A stretch of 64,000 nucleotides of DNA, from contig OZ246417.1 of assembly GCA_965231105.1 (NCBI GenBank), forward strand, positions 832,908-896,907, in the 5' to 3' direction. Within the stretch, counting starts at the first letter, position 1. Each line of letters begins with the position of its first letter. Positions 55,788-64,000 of the stretch are shown here, one piece after another. This stretch comes from an uncultured Candidatus Saccharibacteria bacterium. Its GTDB lineage: Bacteria; Patescibacteriota; Saccharimonadia; Saccharimonadales; JACDBH01. The translations under genes were made by a program, and so were the position numbers. Under the pieces are notes generated by a model. That model did no database searches, was not told the origin of the DNA, and worked only from the letters and a program-made list of their open reading frames with translations.

Positions 55788-57731
55788 TTAAAAGCCGCTC
55801 CCTGAGGCGTATTCTGCTCGCACTAATTCAAGTTCCTTGCCAAGCAGGCGAGCTCGCGCAAAGAAGTAGGCAACAAATGCTGTTAATACAAACCCGATAA
55901 GGAGGCTGCTGCCGGGACCAGTTTTAGGTAGGCTTGTAGTAAGGTACTCGGCACCCTTAACAACCGGACAGTTAATAGGGATAGTCGTTTCATTGCCGTA
56001 TTTGTTACTGATCACACAGTCAAAGCTGGTGGTCATAGTACCGGGTTGGTTGGTGGCAGGAATCGGATCCTTTACCGTCACGCGGAACTTCTTAACAAGA
56101 TCAGCATTCGCTTGGACTGTTTGGCCGGTCCAATTTACTGTCTTGGCTTCCTCGTCGAATGTGCCACCAGCTCCGGTAAGGTAGGTCTTATCAAGGTTTG
56201 CATAGTCGAGGATGTCACCAATATAGTCGCTGATAGTGTAATTAAGGCGATCATAGCTAAAGCTGTTGCGAGTCGTAAGGGTGTACTCAATCACATCACC
56301 CGCCTTGGCCTTCGTAGTGGCTGTCTGCTCGCTGGTAAGGTTCTGAGTTATGTTCTGGGCTAACTTGCTTGGGGCAAGCGGCTGATCAGGCTTTGTTTCG
56401 ACTTCTGCAACACACGTAATACTTTTGATGTCTCTGGTGTTGCTGCCAATGGTGTAACTTACCGTTACCGTGGCACTGTATTTACCATCTTTGTATACGT
56501 GGCTCACGGTATCGGTGAGTGCAGTTGAATTATTGGTCTTGCTGCTATTATCACCGAAGTTATAGCTATACCGAACAATTTTGGTAAGGCTTGGGTTGCT
56601 GGTGGTAACCGTGGTTTTGAGGGTGGCCTCTTTGGTTGAGCGGTTTAGGTCAGACACGGTCTGGGTACATACAAGCGTTGGCTTGGTACAACGCTCATCG
56701 GTAGCGGAAGGGATGGAGCTGTCTAAGGGGCAAGGATTTACGATGTTAATACATGCACTTGGTGAGCCACCGCCCCACGCCTCAGGCGCGTTATTGGAAG
56801 TAATACGGGCAGCATTGCACACTGTCTGGCCATTGGGTAGATCACTCTTTAGCTTTACCGTAATAACAGTAGCTGTCTTGAAATCTGGTGAGTACTGGAC
56901 ATCTCCTAAATGAAGATTCAGATCATCACCAGTTATAGGCAGGTTGGTTGGTGAGACAATGTCAAAGTGTGCCAGATCTAGTTCGTCGTTTAAAACTGCA
57001 TTCTGGACTGGCTGGGAGTCTGCAACAGGGTTACGGTACTCAAAGCGGAAAGAGAACTGATCACCTGGCTTTAAGGCGCGAGGGCCACCATCGATCGTTT
57101 TGCGGAGCTCTAGCAGAGGATTATTAAGCGGTGGTTTACCAACTTGCGTAAAGTTACCGCAGTCGACGAGAATCCAGAACTTCTGGCCGTTCTTAGTGCC
57201 CTCGAAAGCTTTGTAGTAATTAACAGAGTTTTTAATATCCCAGGCTTTGAGCTGTCGAAGATATACCGAGCCTGAGCCGTAGTTAACAGGGATCTCACTA
57301 TCTTTGTATTGCTGTTTGATCTGTCCAGCTTTGCTTACGGCTGAGAGTGACGTGCGGCCCGTGGTCCAGTAATCTGCTTGGTTTGAGGAGATAGTAACGT
57401 TGGGGTTCAGTGGGAGGGCTTCGATATCTGCACGGGTTAGGCCAAAGCGACCATAGATAGCCGCCACGTTTTGATCAGCAGTCTGTCCGTCCCAAGCGCG
57501 AAGAATATCATCGCGGGTTCGTAAGCCGTTAATGATGTAGTCATTTGAGGTCGCAAGTGACTTTTGAGGGGGAGCCATAACGGCAAACATCTGGACTACC
57601 ATTGCCAATGCCATAAAGCCAAAGCCGAGTCGACGAACGGACTCCTCTTGTTTTAAGCGTTTCGCGTAGAAACTAACCTGAGTCAAAAGACTAGGGTTAA
57701 AGGGCAGGTTAGTGAGTAACTTCTTAAACAT
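55788..57731 (-). CDS. LPXTG-anchored surface protein (sortase substrate)
   Basis: 647 aa with an N-terminal TM/signal segment and Thr/Asn-rich beta-repeat-like body. C-terminal LPKTG (comp 55917..55931) is followed by a hydrophobic helix and a charged tail. Confidence 0.75.
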   Translation of the reverse strand: MFKKLLTNLPFNPSLLTQVSFYAKRLKQEESVRRLGFGFMALAMVVQMFAVMAPPQKSLATSNDYIINGLRTRDDILRAWDGQTADQNVAAIYGRFGLTRADIEALPLNPNVTISSNQADYWTTGRTSLSAVSKAGQIKQQYKDSEIPVNYGSGSVYLRQLKAWDIKNSVNYYKAFEGTKNGQKFWILVDCGNFTQVGKPPLNNPLLELRKTIDGGPRALKPGDQFSFRFEYRNPVADSQPVQNAVLNDELDLAHFDIVSPTNLPITGDDLNLHLGDVQYSPDFKTATVITVKLKSDLPNGQTVCNAARITSNNAPEAWGGGSPSACINIVNPCPLDSSIPSATDERCTKPTLVCTQTVSDLNRSTKEATLKTTVTTSNPSLTKIVRYSYNFGDNSSKTNNSTALTDTVSHVYKDGKYSATVTVSYTIGSNTRDIKSITCVAEVETKPDQPLAPSKLAQNITQNLTSEQTATTKAKAGDVIEYTLTTRNSFSYDRLNYTISDYIGDILDYANLDKTYLTGAGGTFDEEAKTVNWTGQTVQANADLVKKFRVTVKDPIPATNQPGTMTTSFDCVISNKYGNETTIPINCPVVKGAEYLTTSLPKTGPGSSLLIGFVLTAFVAYFFARARLLGKELELVRAEYASGSGF

Positions 57732-57850
57732 GGCTATTTTTGAGATGTTTATTTGTAAATAAAGTGTTCATGGTTATTAAACCACGGTTACCGGTGTTCA
57801 GACAAGTGATATTACTCACAATTTAAACTATTTTAAAGTGATGCCGAGCA

Positions 57851-57879
57851 TTGCTGTAAACACGTTTTCGGGTTATACT
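57851..57879 (+). promoter_or_regulatory. Candidate sigma70-type promoter for gyrBA
   Basis: TTGCTG, 17 nt spacer, TATACT, about 40 nt upstream of the gyrB GTG. Confidence 0.35.
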
Positions 57880-57891
57880 ATATACATCTGA

Positions 57892-59880
<1,989 letters not shown>

Positions 59881-59881
59881 A

Positions 59882-62416
59882 ATGGCAAACGCAGAAGACC
59901 GATTTAAACTTATTGATCCTACCAATCACTCTAAAGTGATGCTCAACCGTTCTGTCGAAGAAGAAATGGAGACGAGTTATCTCCAGTACTCCATGTCTGT
60001 TATCGTGGCTCGCGCACTCCCCGATGTACGCGATGGTTTGAAGCCTGTACACCGCCGTATCTTATACGTAATGGACAAGAACGGTATGCGTTCCGGTGGC
60101 AAGCATACCAAGAGTGCTCAGATCGTTGGTGAAGTGATGGGTAAATACCACCCGCACGGTGACACCGCCATTTATGACTCTATGGTACGTCTGGCCCAAC
60201 CGTTTAACACCCGCTATCTGCTTGTAGATGGGCAGGGTAACTTCGGTTCAATGGATGGAGATCCGCCCGCTGCCTACCGTTATACGGAAGCTCGCATGAC
60301 TCGTGCCTCTGAGGCGTTAGTTGAAGACATTGATAAAGACACTGTTCCTTTCCGTGATAACTTCGATGGCTCTTTGCAGGAACCTGAGGTCTTGCCAGCA
60401 AAGCTTCCAAACCTTCTCCTTAACGGCCAGGTTGGTATTGCGGTTGGTATGGCAACAAATATTCCACCCCATAACTTAGGGGAGTTAGTGGACGCAACAA
60501 TAGCTCAGATAGATAACCCTGAGATTACACTCGATGACCTTATGCAATACATTAAGGGGCCAGATTTCCCAACCGGCGGTATTATCTATGGTAAAGAATC
60601 AATCCGTACGGCCTTTGCTACTGGTAGGGGAGGTGTGGTGGTGCGGGGTGTCGCAGGTATCGAGGATACCGCTAAGGGACGTCAGCGCATCGTTATTTCA
60701 GAAGTGCCGTATCAGGTAAACAAGGCTGGTTTGGTAGAAAAGATTGCTGAACTTGTTAACACTAAGAAGATCGTTGGCATCTCGGATATTCGCGATGAAA
60801 CTGCCCGCGGCGAAGTGCGCGTGGTCATTGACCTCAAGAAGGATGCGTATCCTAAAAAGCTTTTGAACCAGTTGTATAAGCTGACGCCACTTCAAACGGC
60901 CTTCCATTACAACATGCTTGCTCTTGTAGATGGGATTCAGCCTCGTGTCATGGGTCTTCAAGATATCTTGACCGAATATATTAAGCACCGTCAGGTAGTG
61001 GTGCGCCGTCGTACCGAGTTTGAGCTTAGGAAAGCGAAAGACCGAGCCCACATCTTAGAAGGTCTAAAGATTGCCCTTGATCATATCGATGAAGTTATTA
61101 AGACGATTCGTGCCTCTCAAACAACTGAGGAGGCTCAAGCTAACTTAATTAAGCAGTTTAATCTTACCGAGATTCAGGCAAAAGCTATCTTAGCCATGCA
61201 GCTTCGTGCTCTTGCCGGACTAGAGCGCCAGAAGATTGAGGACGAACTCGCAGAGCTATTAAAGCTTATTGCCAAGCTCGAGGGTATTTTGGGTGATGAA
61301 AAAGAGATCCTTAAGATCATCAAGACTGAACTCCTGGAAATGAAGAAACAGTTTGGTGATGAGCGACGAACTAAAGTTATTGCCAGTGAACTAGGTAAGA
61401 TGAGCGATGAAGACCTGGTACCAGATGAACAAGTTGTTGTGACACTTACAGCGAATAACTATATTAAGCGTTCTTCCATCCAGGACTATAAGAAGCAGGG
61501 TCGCGGCGGTAAGGGTCGTCGTGGTATGACCACCCGCGAAGAAGATGTTATTGAGCACGTCGTCAACGCTTCAACCCATGACTTCCTCTTGTTCTTCACC
61601 AATAAGGGGCGGGTCTTCCGATTAAAGACCTATGAAGTGCCTGCTGTTGGCCTGAATGCTAAGGGCGTAGCCATTGTGAACCTTTTGCAGCTACAGCCTG
61701 AAGAAGCGGTGAGCTCAGTCATTAACGTCAGCAAGCAGACAGGCAGTGAAGGCAACCTCATGATGTGTACGGTTCGCGGCGTCGTCAAGAAAACGCCGTT
61801 TGAGCAGTATCAGAATGTTCGCAACTCAGGCATGATTACCATTAATCTTGATGCAGGTGATGAACTCCGCTGGGTTCGTATGACCACCGGAGATAACGAA
61901 GTAGTTATTTCGACTTCTCAGGGTCAGGCTATTCGCTTCCATGAGCGTGATGTCCGTCCAATGGGCCGCGTGTCACGAGGTGTACGAGGTATCCGCTTGC
62001 GTAGTGGAGACCAGGTGATTGGCATGGATATCGTCGAGGAAGATACGAGTATCTTTGTTATCTCCGAGTTTGGTTACGGCAAGCGCACGAAGATTGCCCA
62101 ATTTACCGCTCACGCTCGTGGTGGAGTGGGTATTCGTTCGGCAGTTGTGAATAAGAAGACCGGTAACCTCATGGGTGTGAAAGCCCTGACTGACACAGCA
62201 AATGAGGTGATCATCATCTCAACGCAAGGTCAGACCATCCGATTAGGACTTAAGGATATCCCAAGTCTCGGTCGAGCGACACAAGGTGTACGCATTATGC
62301 GGCTGAATGACGGTGACACTGTGGCCTCTTTGGCTCTTGTTGATAAGACTATTGAACCTGAAGAAGACGCCGAGAATGCAGCCCTCGAACTTGAGGGTGG
62401 AACTGAAGAAAAGTAG
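59882..62416 (+). CDS. gyrA: DNA gyrase subunit A
   Basis: 844 aa. [26 protein letters not shown] (catalytic Tyr region), and C-terminal beta-pinwheel repeats. Confidence 0.95.
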   Translation: MANAEDRFKLIDPTNHSKVMLNRSVEEEMETSYLQYSMSVIVARALPDVRDGLKPVHRRILYVMDKNGMRSGGKHTKSAQIVGEVMGKYHPHGDTAIYDSMVRLAQPFNTRYLLVDGQGNFGSMDGDPPAAYRYTEARMTRASEALVEDIDKDTVPFRDNFDGSLQEPEVLPAKLPNLLLNGQVGIAVGMATNIPPHNLGELVDATIAQIDNPEITLDDLMQYIKGPDFPTGGIIYGKESIRTAFATGRGGVVVRGVAGIEDTAKGRQRIVISEVPYQVNKAGLVEKIAELVNTKKIVGISDIRDETARGEVRVVIDLKKDAYPKKLLNQLYKLTPLQTAFHYNMLALVDGIQPRVMGLQDILTEYIKHRQVVVRRRTEFELRKAKDRAHILEGLKIALDHIDEVIKTIRASQTTEEAQANLIKQFNLTEIQAKAILAMQLRALAGLERQKIEDELAELLKLIAKLEGILGDEKEILKIIKTELLEMKKQFGDERRTKVIASELGKMSDEDLVPDEQVVVTLTANNYIKRSSIQDYKKQGRGGKGRRGMTTREEDVIEHVVNASTHDFLLFFTNKGRVFRLKTYEVPAVGLNAKGVAIVNLLQLQPEEAVSSVINVSKQTGSEGNLMMCTVRGVVKKTPFEQYQNVRNSGMITINLDAGDELRWVRMTTGDNEVVISTSQGQAIRFHERDVRPMGRVSRGVRGIRLRSGDQVIGMDIVEEDTSIFVISEFGYGKRTKIAQFTAHARGGVGIRSAVVNKKTGNLMGVKALTDTANEVIIISTQGQTIRLGLKDIPSLGRATQGVRIMRLNDGDTVASLALVDKTIEPEEDAENAALELEGGTEEK

Positions 62417-62477
62417 TCACCGATAAGCATAAGAGAGTATTGCTTTTATGTCATTAATGTGGTATTGTTTTTGATAT

Positions 62478-63377
62478 ATGACAGAAAGAAACAATTTTGC
62501 TGATAAAGTTCAGGGGCTCCGTGCTGAATATCCAGAAAGGTATGCAGGTGATGCTCTTGCAGCCCTTGATCAGGCAGAAGCTCAGCGGAGGGAACGAGTG
62601 GCGGCAGCACTAAAAAGAAAGCACGAGCGAGATCGAGACTTCGAAGGAACTTTACCTGAAGAATTGTGGGGTGAAGAAGGGGCGCAGTTGTGTGCGGATT
62701 TTTTGAATTTGATGGCTGAACATGATTATCCCGACAGTGAAACACTTGCCCATCGAGTACCATTCAATCCGCATTTTCATGACCATCGTGCAGTATGGTG
62801 GAACCGTTGGTTTTTGAAAAGAGGTGAAGAGCACAAGGAATCAAAAGAATATCATAATACGCCTTGGCGAAAAGTTCGCGGCTACCCAATCGGCGTAGTA
62901 GGGAAACGTAGTCCGGACGTAGATCATCGCCCAACAGTACGAGTTCCTGAAGATGAATCCGCACGCTACCCATGGCAAAGAATACAATTAGCCAGCGTTG
63001 ACGCGCAGGGAGACCTTCGCAATGTGTACTTGTGTGAAGACGGTATGATTCGCGTACAAACCATCCATGAAGGAGAGGGTGTTGCGTATCCTATCTCTAT
63101 CCCAGATCCAAAAAAGAATGGTGAAATACCTAAACGTTCAAATGCGCTGCGCATGGATGATGCGCGTACACTTACCACTTTACCTGTTGACAATAACGGA
63201 GAAACCGTTATGCCATATATTGGTGTTGAACTAAAGGTTCCCAAGGAAAGACAACGTTTTCAATTTCCGGGAGCAGTACAGTTACAAATTGCTCCACTTG
63301 AAGAAATGTTGGCGCACATTGCTGCAGAAGCTCTCAACGCAAAAGCCGAGAGAGAAGCCAGAGAAGCAAGTTCCTAG
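62478..63377 (+). CDS. Hypothetical protein
   Basis: 299 aa ORF with no motif recognised. Confidence 0.55.
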   Translation: MTERNNFADKVQGLRAEYPERYAGDALAALDQAEAQRRERVAAALKRKHERDRDFEGTLPEELWGEEGAQLCADFLNLMAEHDYPDSETLAHRVPFNPHFHDHRAVWWNRWFLKRGEEHKESKEYHNTPWRKVRGYPIGVVGKRSPDVDHRPTVRVPEDESARYPWQRIQLASVDAQGDLRNVYLCEDGMIRVQTIHEGEGVAYPISIPDPKKNGEIPKRSNALRMDDARTLTTLPVDNNGETVMPYIGVELKVPKERQRFQFPGAVQLQIAPLEEMLAHIAAEALNAKAEREAREASS

Positions 63378-63411
63378 TCTTTCTCACAACAATTATTGTC
63401 CGTTTTACTCT

Positions 63412-63440
63412 TGACGGGTACGCCTTAAACAGGTAAGATG
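63412..63440 (+). promoter_or_regulatory. Candidate rRNA operon promoter
   Basis: TTGACG, 17 nt spacer, TAAGAT, about 140 nt upstream of the 16S 5' end. Confidence 0.4.
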
Positions 63441-63581
63441 ATATGAGCTTTTTGGAGTTTCTATGTAGTTGTCTCTAAAAAAGCCCCTTAAAAACTTAGA
63501 TAGTGCAAATCAACGTCAGTTTTTAAAATCCACTGATTTATCAGTGGTACATTATGTTTTGAATGAACAGTTCAAAACTCT

Positions 63582-64000
<419 letters not shown>

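Overview
The window looks like a small-genome, monoderm-style Patescibacteria (CPR) chromosome segment, probably Saccharibacteria/TM7. That call is inferred from the 16S 5' end, the gene style and a secretin-less type IV pilus locus; no database search was run. The standard genetic code fits, since TGA is used as a stop in ATGA start/stop overlaps.

Main content:
- A partial GH10-like hydrolase that is missing from the ORF track.
- A YcnI-centred putative copper module.
- Three secreted or anchored proteins of unknown function directly upstream of a complete type IV pilus locus (pilMNO, pilB, pilT, pilC, major pilin, pilD, 3 minor pilins, a PilX-like protein).
- Housekeeping genes: xerC/D-like, ndk, eno, gpmA, nrdR, tgt, thrS, miaA, rpmB, infC-rpmI-rplT, gyrB, gyrA.
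- Six tRNAs, RNase P RNA and the first ~420 nt of the 16S rRNA.

Regions I consider most worth follow-up:
1. 50.2-57.7 kb: an orphan VirD4/TraG-like ATPase operon with a ~280 aa proline-rich tail, facing an LPXTG surface-protein operon.
2. 48.9-50.2 kb: an ORF-free, visibly AT-rich 1.3 kb gap immediately upstream, holding hairpins, CGAAC-type motifs and a GC-rich structured island.
3. 29.7-33.7 kb: a tRNA-bounded segment where two paralogous unknown proteins flank a class-A beta-lactamase-like hydrolase, and an HNH endonuclease ORF ends inside tRNA-Thr.
4. A tandem T-box-like leader before thrS.
5. A PCD/DCoH-RNase H fusion.
6. The unknown secreted proteins at 2.6-7.4 kb coupled to the pilus locus.

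All functional calls come from motif recognition by eye. None is verified by search.
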